46,608 bases of DNA, taken from the IMG/VR virus record IMGVR_UViG_3300032212_000025, positions 1 through 46,608 of that record, one strand, 5' to 3'. Position numbers and translations under genes: made by a program. The notes under the pieces are model-generated. The model saw only the letters and a program-made list of their open reading frames with translations. It ran no database searches and was not told the DNA's origin. Source of the DNA: a virus. Taxonomy: Duplodnaviria > Caudoviricetes. This document shows positions 6,699-16,483 of the stretch, piece by piece; within the stretch, counting starts at the first letter, position 1, and the number at the start of each line of letters is the position of its first letter.

Positions 6699-8773
6699 CC
6701 CCAGACTTCCTATACGACATCACCCCAGGTGACATCATCTATGATGAGGAAACATACCCTAATGTCTTCACCGTGGGTTTCATGCATCGTACAACACGTC
6801 GCAAGTGGCTGTTTGAAATCAGTCATCGTAAGAATGAAATTGATTCACTGTGTCACTTCATCGACATAGCCAGCCAGCAGGGTTGTCGTTTGATCGGTTA
6901 CAACAGTATCGGATTCGATTACCCGGTGCTGCACTTCATCTATAAGCACGCAGCAGCCTGTTTATCAGTCGGTGACATCTACGACAAAGCGATGTCGATC
7001 ATCAATGCACATGGTCCTGCACGTTTCTCACACATGGTTTGGGAATCAGAGTGGTTACTACCGCAAATTGATCTGTATAAAATCCATCACTTTGACAACG
7101 TATCAAAAGCCACCGGTTTGAAAGTTTTAGAATTCAATATGCGAATGAGTAACATTGAAGACTTACCGTTCCCTGTGGGTACAGTGCTCACCGATGAGCA
7201 GACTGACATTCTCATTGAATATATGTGGCACGACATCGATGCAACAGATCTGTTCGCTGATCGTACTCAGTCACACATCAAAATGCGTGAAGGTTTATCT
7301 GAATCGTTTGGTAAGAACATGATGAACATGAGTGACGTGAAGATCGGTGAAACGATCCTGGTCACAGAGATGGAAAAAAGAGGTATTACAATTTATGAAT
7401 ATGACGGTAAGAAGAAAGTTAAGCGTCAGACTAAACGTGAATCTATTGATCTGGCGCAAGTCATTTTCCCTTATGTACATTTTGAATCGCAGCCGTTTCA
7501 ACAGATTAAAACGTACCTTGAATCAAAAGTTATCACGGAAACCAAAGGCGTATTCAAAGGTTTAATTGCAACAGTTGATGGTCTTGATTACAGTTTCGGC
7601 ACCGGTGGCCTGCACGCATCCGTTGAATCTCAAGTGGTTCACACGACCGACACTCATCAGCTGGTTGATGTTGACGTTGCCAGCTTTTACCCCAACCTTG
7701 CGATCAAGAATAAATTGTACCCAGCACACCTTGGTGAAGAATTTTGTGATGCTTACGAAGGTGTTTATCACACACGTAAAACTTATCCCAAAGGTACACC
7801 AGAGAATGAAGCATTCAAGCTAGCATTGAACGGTGCGTACGGTGGTAGTAACAACGAATACTCACCGTTCTTTGATCCACAGTTCACTATGTTCATCACC
7901 ATCAATGGTCAACTGCTGCTGTGTATGTTGGTTGAGCAGCTGCTGAAGACACCCGGCTTGCGTATGATCCAGGCTAATACTGACGGTGTGACGTACTTAT
8001 GTCCGCATGAATACCTTGAGCACACCCGTTCAATATGCCGATGGTGGGAGCAACTGACGAACCTTGAGCTGGAAGAAGCACTTTACAATCGTATGTTTAT
8101 CCGTGATGTGAATTCATATATCGCTGAGAAACAAGACGGTGGATTGAAACGTATAGGAGCGTATGCACATGTCACAGCTGAAGAGAACCCAGGTACACGA
8201 GAGTTACCGTATCATAAAGATTGGTCAGCCAGAGTCGTTGCACTCGCAGCTGAATCAGCTTTGGTACATGGTAAAGACATTCGTGATTTTATTTGTAATC
8301 ATGCTGATGTATTTGATTTCTTCCTGCGAACCAAAGTACCCAGATCCAGCATACTCGAATGGGGTGGTGAGCAAGTCAGTAACATTGTCAGGTACTACAT
8401 CAGCACCGATGGACGACCACTTGAGAAAGTCAGTCCACCGAAAGGTCCAGCTGGTGAGTTCAAACGCGCGAACAGTTTAACTGATCAGTTCTTCAATGAA
8501 GTCATGGCTGAGATTGGCTACGGTGTCTGGGATGCACGTATTCACACTAAGAATAAATCAGTGTACGGTGAACGTCGTACCGGGATCAATACCGGTTACA
8601 AGGTGCAGCTGTGTAATAAGTTATCAGACACAATGTTGTTTCAACTTGGTGGTGATCTTAAAGCAGGTGCTATCATGACTTATGAAGCTGAGGTGCCACC
8701 ACCTATCAACTACGAATGGTACATCAAAGAAACTGAAAAATTAGTCAAACCACTGTTGCAGGGTTCAATATAG
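6692..8773 (+). CDS. DNA polymerase, family B, with 3'-5' exonuclease domain
   Basis: Exo I YDEET, Exo II GYNSIGFD, Exo III YMWHD; polymerase motifs DVDVASFYPN, KLALNGAYG, QANTDG. Confidence 0.93.
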   Translation: MLTPDFLYDITPGDIIYDEETYPNVFTVGFMHRTTRRKWLFEISHRKNEIDSLCHFIDIASQQGCRLIGYNSIGFDYPVLHFIYKHAAACLSVGDIYDKAMSIINAHGPARFSHMVWESEWLLPQIDLYKIHHFDNVSKATGLKVLEFNMRMSNIEDLPFPVGTVLTDEQTDILIEYMWHDIDATDLFADRTQSHIKMREGLSESFGKNMMNMSDVKIGETILVTEMEKRGITIYEYDGKKKVKRQTKRESIDLAQVIFPYVHFESQPFQQIKTYLESKVITETKGVFKGLIATVDGLDYSFGTGGLHASVESQVVHTTDTHQLVDVDVASFYPNLAIKNKLYPAHLGEEFCDAYEGVYHTRKTYPKGTPENEAFKLALNGAYGGSNNEYSPFFDPQFTMFITINGQLLLCMLVEQLLKTPGLRMIQANTDGVTYLCPHEYLEHTRSICRWWEQLTNLELEEALYNRMFIRDVNSYIAEKQDGGLKRIGAYAHVTAEENPGTRELPYHKDWSARVVALAAESALVHGKDIRDFICNHADVFDFFLRTKVPRSSILEWGGEQVSNIVRYYISTDGRPLEKVSPPKGPAGEFKRANSLTDQFFNEVMAEIGYGVWDARIHTKNKSVYGERRTGINTGYKVQLCNKLSDTMLFQLGGDLKAGAIMTYEAEVPPPINYEWYIKETEKLVKPLLQGSI

Positions 8774-8784
8774 TGTGCTACATT
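8756..8784 (+). promoter_or_regulatory. Internal sigma70-type promoter (TTGCAG-17-TACATT, extended TG)
   Basis: Hexamer spacing read directly; overlaps the ACATTGTTACAC motif at 8780-8791. Confidence 0.5.
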
Positions 8785-8813
8785 GTTACACAGATTAAAT
8801 GAAGAGGTGACTT

Positions 8814-8927
8814 ATGTACTACGAACTTGAAAACTGGATTGAACCGCTATACTTCAAATCACTGGGTCATGCACTTGAGTATGCTCACCATCAGAACACT
8901 CGTGTTGTTCGTTGTCTGGGTGAGTAG
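8814..8927 (+). CDS. Small hypothetical protein (37 aa, MYYELENWIEP...)
   Basis: GAGGTG ribosome-binding site; abuts the next ORF. Confidence 0.6.
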   Translation: MYYELENWIEPLYFKSLGHALEYAHHQNTRVVRCLGE

Positions 8928-9172
8928 TGATGAATACAACTGAATTGATAAACAAGCAGAAGAAAGTAGTTATTGAATTTAGTGATGATGATACTGTATT
9001 AGTTGCTGAATTTATGAACGGTAAATTTCAATCACACTGGTCAACCGTTCGCATCACCAGTGTTGTTAAGCCAGCTAAAGTATCACCTTATTTAATGACT
9101 ATTTTTATAGCTGATACTTTGAACGATGCATTACAAAAAGCTATTGATGCTAAATTAAATGAACGAACTTGA
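8927..9172 (+). CDS. Hypothetical protein
   Basis: ORF tightly packed in the operon. Confidence 0.65.
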   Translation: MMNTTELINKQKKVVIEFSDDDTVLVAEFMNGKFQSHWSTVRITSVVKPAKVSPYLMTIFIADTLNDALQKAIDAKLNERT

Positions 9173-9836
9173 TAAAATTAAATCTGACATGATTTACTTC
9201 GGTAGCGGGTTTGCTTTACAAACTGCTGACGGTTTGAAACATGTACCACTTGAGGATATTTATAAAATGCCAAACACAACAGTAACAATCACCTATGCAA
9301 ACGGTGGAACACGTGAGTTCGTCGCCAGTGATGAGCTTGAAAAAATGATCGATGAAGGTGAGATGTTCAGTGTCACCACCATGCATTCTGATATGAGCAT
9401 CGATGAAGAGATGAGTGTATCAAAGATGTACGTCGGCAACCCGATTGCAGCAATGGGTAACATGATGATGATGAAGCGTAATGCTGAGAAGCTGCTTGAA
9501 TCTGATGAATCGATGAACATTGTCATTGAAACATTGAATGCCTGTATTCAATTCATGAGTGATGAGATCACTTCACATCAGTCTGGAATGACATCAGCCG
9601 ATGGTGCAGGTGTTGAAGTTGGTTGTCGTATTGATATTGAAGAATCGATATCAGACCCTGACGTTCGCGTTCACTGCCCAGCAATCATGGCACCGTGTGA
9701 TCATTATATATTTCAAACTGATAGTAATGATGAAGTTGCAATCGATCACTGCAAACACCCTGAAAATTCTAAAGATGGAGAAGGTAATACTACAAGTTTA
9801 CTTTGCCCACTATGTACTGAAGGTGGTGGTTCGTAA
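9159..9836 (+). CDS. Hypothetical protein, acidic and Met-rich, with a Cys/His-rich C-terminus
   Basis: 225-aa ORF overlapping its neighbours; C-terminal HCP..CDH...HCKHP...CPLC. Confidence 0.7.
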   Translation: MNELDKIKSDMIYFGSGFALQTADGLKHVPLEDIYKMPNTTVTITYANGGTREFVASDELEKMIDEGEMFSVTTMHSDMSIDEEMSVSKMYVGNPIAAMGNMMMMKRNAEKLLESDESMNIVIETLNACIQFMSDEITSHQSGMTSADGAGVEVGCRIDIEESISDPDVRVHCPAIMAPCDHYIFQTDSNDEVAIDHCKHPENSKDGEGNTTSLLCPLCTEGGGS

Positions 9837-10012
9837 TGAACTGGGGTGAATTTAAACAGAAGGTTGATGAAAAAATAACTGAAGAACTTGGTGCAGGTTT
9901 TGACGAATCTCGTATTTGTATCGATTGGATTGATATAAGTAACTGGTCAACTGTCGATATTAATATTCATAAACATGATGACGACTATATCACAATACAG
10001 GTGACAGACTAA
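9836..10012 (+). CDS. Small hypothetical protein (58 aa, MNWGEFKQKV...)
   Basis: TAATG overlaps at both ends, indicating translational coupling. Confidence 0.65.
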   Translation: MNWGEFKQKVDEKITEELGAGFDESRICIDWIDISNWSTVDINIHKHDDDYITIQVTD

Positions 10013-10332
10013 TGGGTGTTCGTGAAAACAAAGTTGAAACTTATCTAAGGGAACAGATAAAACTGCACTTCAACGGTGACACTCGCAAATGGGTGTCACC
10101 TGGTCGCGATGGTGTAATGGATCAAATATGTTTTATCAACCCTGAATGGTATGTTGAAGTTAAAACTGTCGATGGTGATCATGAGACTCACCAGAAACGT
10201 GAAGCTATGCGATTGATTAAACTCGGTGCCAGAGTTGCTATTGTATACGGTAATGAAGGTGTTGATAAATTTATATTCTGGTTGAAGCATTACAAAAACA
10301 CTCAACCACAAGTCCAGGTTATATTTAGATGA
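10012..10332 (+). CDS. VRR-NUC domain nuclease
   Basis: RENKVE, KWVSPGRDGVMD, YVEVK, Q......L...G motifs; typical position upstream of the SNF2 helicase. Confidence 0.85.
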   Translation: MGVRENKVETYLREQIKLHFNGDTRKWVSPGRDGVMDQICFINPEWYVEVKTVDGDHETHQKREAMRLIKLGARVAIVYGNEGVDKFIFWLKHYKNTQPQVQVIFR

Positions 10333-10871
10333 ATGTATTACCTTTAGTATATAGCGAAAGTATTACTATAATCAGTCAGCAATTATTAAAACAACTTTTT
10401 ATCTATGATCCTGATACCGGTTTATTCACTCGCAGAATTCAACGAAGTGCAAATGCAATGGTCGGTCAAGTTGTAGGTACAGTAGATGGTAAAGGGTACT
10501 TACACGTTAGTATTGAAAAACAATTTTACAGATTACACCGGTTAGTTTTTTTATACATGGAAGGGTCAATACCAAAATACATCGATCATAAAGATAGAGA
10601 TCGACAAAATAATCGATGGGGTAATCTGAGAAAGTCTAATTGTAAATTTAATGCAGGAAATTCAGGTGTTCATAAACACAATACATCTGGTTATCGTGGT
10701 GTGTCACAGAATAAAAAATCAGGTAAATGGCACGCTCAAATAAAAATTCACGGTAAACAAACTTACCTCGGTCGCTTCAATACACCTGAAGAAGCTGCTG
10801 AAATTTATAACAAAGCAGCAAAGGAGCATTTCGGTGAGTTCGCAACTCTTAATACCACAACAGTTACATGA
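10329..10871 (+). CDS. HNH homing endonuclease with C-terminal AP2 domain
   Basis: YDPDTGLF, HRLVF, IDHKDRDRQNNRWGNLR (HNH), NTSGYRGV...KWHAQI...YLGRFNTPEEAA (AP2). Confidence 0.92.
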   Translation: MNVLPLVYSESITIISQQLLKQLFIYDPDTGLFTRRIQRSANAMVGQVVGTVDGKGYLHVSIEKQFYRLHRLVFLYMEGSIPKYIDHKDRDRQNNRWGNLRKSNCKFNAGNSGVHKHNTSGYRGVSQNKKSGKWHAQIKIHGKQTYLGRFNTPEEAAEIYNKAAKEHFGEFATLNTTTVT

Positions 10872-12333
10872 ATATCAGAAGCAGTGTGTAATACACATGC
10901 TTCAACATGATGACTCAATGTTATGGCTTTCGATGGGATTAGGTAAGACCCCTATCACACTCACTACGATCATTGATAGGATGCGCGCAGGTCAGGTACA
11001 GAAGACTTTGATCTTTGGACCACTACGAGTTATACAGGCTGTGTGGGCGCGTGAGTCACGTAAGTGGGAACATACAAAGCATCTCAGGTTCAGCGTCATA
11101 CACGGTGTCAAAGAGAAGCGATCACGTGCATTGTTTGCTGATGCTGATATCTATCTCATCAACTATGAGAACATGAACTGGCTTGCCGAACAACTAGACC
11201 ACTACTACATCAGCCAGGGTAAACCGTTACCGTTTCAAATGGTGGTCTATGATGAAGTGTCGAAGCTGAAGAACAGCACCACATTGAGAATGAAAGGTGG
11301 TAACCGGGATCGTAAAGATGGACGTGGTGAAACCTATAAAATTAATGTTACTGGCTGGCGTAAAATCATCAACCATTTTCAATACCGCACCGGCTTAACC
11401 GGTACACCTGCATCAAACGGTTATCTGGATCTTCACGGTCAGTACTTAGCTGTTGACGGTGGTGAACGTTTGGGTGAGTTCGTCACGCATTATAAAGACA
11501 GTTACTTCATGAGTGACTACAGTGGTTGGAAGTACACACCGACGACATTAGGTAAAGAATGGATTGAGCATAAGATCAGTGACATCACTGTGAAGATGGA
11601 CGCGCGTGATTATCTGGATCTTCCTGATTGTAAAACAACTAACATGATGGTTGACCTACCAGCGTCAGCACGTAAGTCATACAAAGAAATTGAGAAAAAT
11701 TTATTCACTCAACTTGATAGCGGTCGTGAAGTTGAAGTGTTCAGTAAATCATCAGTATCAAATAAATGTTTACAGTTCTGTAATGGGTCACCGTATCTCA
11801 GCAGTGAGTCACCAGAGTTTGAAGCAGTGCATGATGCAAAATTAAATGCACTGGAAGAAGTGCTGGAAGAAGCCGGTGGTTCGCCGGTGCTGTGCAGCTA
11901 TTCATTCACAGCTGATGCTGAACGTATCATGAAGAAATTTAAAAAATATAACCCGGTCAATCTGACTCAAACAAAATCAGCTGACACTGAGAAAATCATC
12001 AACCGGTGGAATAAAGGTGAGATTAAACTGTTAGTGGGTCACCCGGCTTCAATGGGTCATGGGGTCGATGGATTGCAAGATGCAGGTCATATTGTCGTAT
12101 GGTTTGGTATCAATTGGTCATTGGAATTATACGATCAGATGTGTGGGCGTATTGACCGTCAGGGTCAGAAACACCCTGTATCGATCATCAGGATCTTATG
12201 TAATGATACAATTGATCTGGCTGTTGCTGATGCTATTGAACGTAAGACTGATGACCAGGAAGGACTGAAGCGTGCGTTGCAGCGATACCGTGATGGTATC
12301 ACCACAAATGATTTAGAAGTTAACTTTTTCTAG
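10834..12333 (+). CDS. SNF2-like DEAD/H helicase
   Basis: MGLGKT Walker A, VVYDEVS, GLTGTP, HPASMGHGVDGLQ, GRIDRQGQ; AAGGAG ribosome-binding site before the GTG start. Confidence 0.92.
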   Translation: MSSQLLIPQQLHEYQKQCVIHMLQHDDSMLWLSMGLGKTPITLTTIIDRMRAGQVQKTLIFGPLRVIQAVWARESRKWEHTKHLRFSVIHGVKEKRSRALFADADIYLINYENMNWLAEQLDHYYISQGKPLPFQMVVYDEVSKLKNSTTLRMKGGNRDRKDGRGETYKINVTGWRKIINHFQYRTGLTGTPASNGYLDLHGQYLAVDGGERLGEFVTHYKDSYFMSDYSGWKYTPTTLGKEWIEHKISDITVKMDARDYLDLPDCKTTNMMVDLPASARKSYKEIEKNLFTQLDSGREVEVFSKSSVSNKCLQFCNGSPYLSSESPEFEAVHDAKLNALEEVLEEAGGSPVLCSYSFTADAERIMKKFKKYNPVNLTQTKSADTEKIINRWNKGEIKLLVGHPASMGHGVDGLQDAGHIVVWFGINWSLELYDQMCGRIDRQGQKHPVSIIRILCNDTIDLAVADAIERKTDDQEGLKRALQRYRDGITTNDLEVNFF

Positions 12334-12691
12334 TTTTCAGTGCACCTTCAAATGCACCACCACCAAAATAAAACATCACAATAGCAAGCATAATCTCACC
12401 GATATAAAAATCAGAGAGTACAGTCTTCACTTCTTTGATGTCACCGATACCAGCTAATGTCATCGCCAGTACCAACGTGAAAGAGAATATAAAAGTACCG
12501 GTGAATAATAAGGCCAAGTATCGCTGTGCTATTTTGAATGGCGCGTATGCATTCAATAGATCCACTTTAGCTTTTGATTTAGCAGCAATCTCTTCTTCAT
12601 CAGAAGTATGCATGTCATCAATCAGATCCATACCTTTTTCTATCACTGCACCACTGCCGAAAATTGTTGCAAATATACCCATGTCATTCAC
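12320..12691 (-). CDS. Putative holin (GTA-type 3TM-like)
   Basis: IDDMHTSDEE motif plus two hydrophobic helices ending FYFGG; next to the endolysin. Confidence 0.65.
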   Translation of the reverse strand: MNDMGIFATIFGSGAVIEKGMDLIDDMHTSDEEEIAAKSKAKVDLLNAYAPFKIAQRYLALLFTGTFIFSFTLVLAMTLAGIGDIKEVKTVLSDFYIGEIMLAIVMFYFGGGAFEGALKTRKS

Positions 12692-13096
12692 CTATTTGTA
12701 ATAATCCCATATAACTGCACAATCTTTACCTTCACTTTCAAGCATATCATCAAAGTGAATTGAACCTCGATTGATACCAATACGTGTGATCTTACGACCT
12801 CGTAAAGTACCATTGTCAATACGATGATTACGTTTGAAGATCCAGTCAAGTATCAGAAACTTCTGACGTGAGTTCGCAACAACATCTAATGCATGACCTT
12901 GGTGAGCACCGTTGTCTTTACCATCATACTCAGCACAACGATATGCACCACCTGATGGGATGACAAAAGAAAACCCTAATGCTTTTCGCATAGGTACAAC
13001 AATGTCATCCATAAATTCATTCGACATGCGACCATCACACCCGCAAGGGCAATCGAGTTCATGTTGTGGAAAGTGATCCCATGTTTGTTCTGGCAT
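12692..13096 (-). CDS. Endolysin, peptidase M15 family
   Basis: ELDCPCGC, YRC, AH..G.ALD, RIGI...IHFD Zn-peptidase motifs. Confidence 0.85.
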   Translation of the reverse strand: MPEQTWDHFPQHELDCPCGCDGRMSNEFMDDIVVPMRKALGFSFVIPSGGAYRCAEYDGKDNGAHQGHALDVVANSRQKFLILDWIFKRNHRIDNGTLRGRKITRIGINRGSIHFDDMLESEGKDCAVIWDYYK

Positions 13097-13482
13097 TATT
13101 TATTCACCTCTGGAAATAAAAACTTAGCTACTAATATAGCTACCGTGATGACTGAACCCATTATAGTGATACGTGCTAAAATCCTTCGTGTCATTATATC
13201 AAGTTCTGGTTTTGTAACATAATGCTTATCAAGCTTATCCTGCATTTTCTTGTTACATCTTTCAACACGTTCATCAATCTCATTTCGGAAGTTCCCCATA
13301 TCCTTCTTCACTTCTTCAATTTTAGAGAACAGCTTATTGAATAGTTTTTCTGTGTGCTCTCTGAAAGCATCATCCCTTTTGAGTCGGTCGTCCAGTGTCT
13401 CTTTTATAAACCCGTTTGCTTGTTCATTCAAGCGGCAAAGTGTTTCGAGACTTTTTAAATCTTCTAATTTTGGATCAGACAT
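13096..13482 (-). CDS. Coiled-coil protein with a C-terminal transmembrane helix (lysis-cassette membrane protein)
   Basis: Charged helical N-terminus and a single C-terminal hydrophobic stretch; lies between tailspike and endolysin. Confidence 0.6.
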   Translation of the reverse strand: MSDPKLEDLKSLETLCRLNEQANGFIKETLDDRLKRDDAFREHTEKLFNKLFSKIEEVKKDMGNFRNEIDERVERCNKKMQDKLDKHYVTKPELDIMTRRILARITIMGSVITVAILVAKFLFPEVNK

Positions 13483-13501
13483 TGTGATACCCTGTGTTGA
13501 T

Positions 13502-16447
13502 TTATTCTTCTACAGTGACCATGAAAGATCTCGCATTTGGACCCCAGTTGTAAACTTGTACCTGGTTTGCAGATGGGAAAGTCACCGACGCATTAGCTTC
13601 AAGACCACCTGATGCTGTTGCGTGTGCATACATTTGATTCACATGTGAGAATGATTTATTTAAAGAGAATGTAGCATTAACACCAGACCCTATGCTGGTT
13701 GTTTTAACCGCATCTCTATTACCCATCAGATGACCACTTGCAGCATTTGCTAAATCAATAACACCATCCCACTGCACGCCTTTCATGTTTGCATAAGTAC
13801 CATGATAAGCTCTATTTTGAGTCGCGGTTGATGTGTAACTTGATACAAACTTAGTACCGGTCTGACCTGAGAACGTCGCTGATATTGCTTCTTCAACTTT
13901 CAATTCTGTATCAGATACAACTTGAGCGACAGTGTATTTAACTGAGTTAATGGTGACAAACATCTTACCATCTATTTCAGTTCTCAAAGCAGAACCTGAT
14001 CCTGTAATAGTTTTACCACCGATAGTACCCGCGAAAGTACCTGTCAATGCAACAGTGTTAGGATTCAATGTACCAGACGTTGGTGACACTGCTCTGACTT
14101 GGAACCTATCACGAGCTTTTGCACCATGCTCAACACGTACATCTAAATGCACACCAGTACCTAATGCATCTGTGATAGTGAATCGCATACCAGCGTGTAG
14201 TTTTTGAGTACCGTCTTTATGAATACAATCAATCAGATCATCAACAGCGAATGCGCCACTGGCAATAGATAATGATAATGTACCGACGTTTTCAGCTGCT
14301 AAATCTCGACCGTCATAGTTGATAATATTAACTCTTTCATCTGCTGCATCCATACGAATACCAGCACGACTGTTAATGAACGCAGTTGTATCAATACCGT
14401 TACTATTACAACGTGTATTAGATATGGTCGGTGAACCAATGTCAGGTAGGTTTGCAGAAATACCTGCGTTGTCCATGTAACTGAAATCACAATTATCAAT
14501 GATGAAATTACCACCACCTTGAACTAATCCAGCCGCATAATAAGGGTCATTCTCTGATACGTTAGATGTACCATAACCACCAACACCACCATAACCACGT
14601 ACATTTATAAATCGATTATGTCTGCCAAAATCACGAATGCAATTTGATACATTCTCCATAACAAAATCTTGTACAGTATTATTGTTGCTAGTTGTGTTGT
14701 CACGACCTTTTGTGAAGTCATCAACCGATCCATCAGGGAATATAAACCCTAATGTATTCAGATAATTCGCACCGCTTGTATGTTCTTCTTTCCATGCTGA
14801 CATGATGCTGCCACCTATCCATGAGCAGTATTGCATACCAGTACATTCAATGTGCCGGTTTTCAGACCAACCCTCAATATGAGTATTATAATATTTTGAT
14901 TTGTAAGCTGTTAAGTTTGAGATAGCTAAAGGTATCAAAGCAGTTGATAAATAATTGGTGATATTTATCTGCCCAATAGTTGATTCATTCCAACTAATGC
15001 AAGTCAGACCGCTATAAAATGCTGAACCAGCGACAACAGTACCATCACATGAATCGATTTTAATCTTATCAACAGTCGCACCTTCACCGTAGAATAAATC
15101 AACAGCGTGAGGATTTACACCGGTATAAACAGCGTTCATGTTAGTTGCTATTATTTCACCAATGTGACCGCTTGATGAATTGAAGTTCAGATATGCGCCA
15201 CCAGAACAATTATCTACTTCAATTGTTTTTATATTTGAACCAGCGAGACTACCCAGGTTAACCAATGGGTGATTTATCCCATTATTCCATGCATTAATCG
15301 CTCTGATTTTATTGATCTGATGACCACCACCATTAAGCCTAACAGCGACACCAGGGCTTGTGCCTATCGCTGGTGGTACTGGTTGGTTGTTAGCTCTGTT
15401 GGCATCAACTGTTAACTTACCTTTAATGATTGCGTTAGCTGGGATATCAACTAAATAATCAGATATACCACCTGTCACAGTAGCAGAGTTGATTAATTTC
15501 AATGTTGAATTATAAGATTTTACATTTGGTACTGTTAACACTCGATCAAATAAATACGTTTTATTGTTACCGAGTTTGATCACCCTACCAGTTGCAAATG
15601 CAGCTTCAAGATTTGCACCGACATCTGACCCGTTATCAATAGCACCGAACATTTCAGCAGTGAGTTTCACATCATCTCTGCGTTTAACCCTGCCAGTTGG
15701 CATACCTGTGACTTGAAATATAGTACCACCGTTGGCAGTTTCTGTACTGGCAGCATCCCAGTATAATTCCCCACCACCAACCTTACTACCGTCATTATAT
15801 TCAACAAGGTCAATTCGCATCCCATCATTGAATGTCACAGAGTTACCTGCAATGTCCAACGGTGGGTTATTAGTCATTGATGCGACATTAGCAAACACAA
15901 CACCATGTCGTTTATCAAGATCAGTTTGATCGATTAAGGAAGGGTCGAATAAAGTTTTAACTACAAGATTACCTGCACCGTCAAATCCTAAACTCAGATT
16001 AGCGCGTGCAGCAGCATCTTGTGCAATGGTGAAAGTACCATCGATATCAATAGTTTCTGATAATTTGAAAGTTCGTTCATTCTTATCTAACAACTGTTGA
16101 ATCAAAAATGTAATATGATCCATCTGATCTTCATGTACATCAGGGAAGAACGCGCCCTGAGATGAAAAGTCAGTTAGCTGATTTTCAATATAGTTCGATC
16201 TGATGTACCAGGTATAATCAGTAGGTAGGTTTCCAGCAGTACGCACAATTGTACCACCTGCATCAACTCCAACATCATTGACTGTATAATCAGTATCAAC
16301 TGTCAATAAGGTCTGTATACCAGTGTCATCAGTTTCATAGACAGAGAGTTGTGTTTTATCACTAACTCTGAAATCGTATTCATAAGTGTCATTCAGACCA
16401 TTACCAACATAAGGTCCTGATGTAATGTTTGTGGTATTAACAGTCAT
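13502..16447 (-). CDS. Tailspike/tail fibre with a T7 gp17-like anchor and a probable beta-helix depolymerase domain
   Basis: N-terminal YVGNG..TYEYDFRV...DYTV anchor; GGGELYWDA and AEMFGA motifs ahead of Asn/Ile-rich beta-helix-like repeats. Confidence 0.82.
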   Translation of the reverse strand: MTVNTTNITSGPYVGNGLNDTYEYDFRVSDKTQLSVYETDDTGIQTLLTVDTDYTVNDVGVDAGGTIVRTAGNLPTDYTWYIRSNYIENQLTDFSSQGAFFPDVHEDQMDHITFLIQQLLDKNERTFKLSETIDIDGTFTIAQDAAARANLSLGFDGAGNLVVKTLFDPSLIDQTDLDKRHGVVFANVASMTNNPPLDIAGNSVTFNDGMRIDLVEYNDGSKVGGGELYWDAASTETANGGTIFQVTGMPTGRVKRRDDVKLTAEMFGAIDNGSDVGANLEAAFATGRVIKLGNNKTYLFDRVLTVPNVKSYNSTLKLINSATVTGGISDYLVDIPANAIIKGKLTVDANRANNQPVPPAIGTSPGVAVRLNGGGHQINKIRAINAWNNGINHPLVNLGSLAGSNIKTIEVDNCSGGAYLNFNSSSGHIGEIIATNMNAVYTGVNPHAVDLFYGEGATVDKIKIDSCDGTVVAGSAFYSGLTCISWNESTIGQINITNYLSTALIPLAISNLTAYKSKYYNTHIEGWSENRHIECTGMQYCSWIGGSIMSAWKEEHTSGANYLNTLGFIFPDGSVDDFTKGRDNTTSNNNTVQDFVMENVSNCIRDFGRHNRFINVRGYGGVGGYGTSNVSENDPYYAAGLVQGGGNFIIDNCDFSYMDNAGISANLPDIGSPTISNTRCNSNGIDTTAFINSRAGIRMDAADERVNIINYDGRDLAAENVGTLSLSIASGAFAVDDLIDCIHKDGTQKLHAGMRFTITDALGTGVHLDVRVEHGAKARDRFQVRAVSPTSGTLNPNTVALTGTFAGTIGGKTITGSGSALRTEIDGKMFVTINSVKYTVAQVVSDTELKVEEAISATFSGQTGTKFVSSYTSTATQNRAYHGTYANMKGVQWDGVIDLANAASGHLMGNRDAVKTTSIGSGVNATFSLNKSFSHVNQMYAHATASGGLEANASVTFPSANQVQVYNWGPNARSFMVTVEE

Positions 16448-16483
16448 AATATAACCCCGATATTTGTTGACATGAGTTTAGCA

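Noticed and set aside
13502-16447. Diversity-generating retroelement as in BPP-1
   Set aside because: I saw no reverse transcriptase and no template/variable repeat pair.
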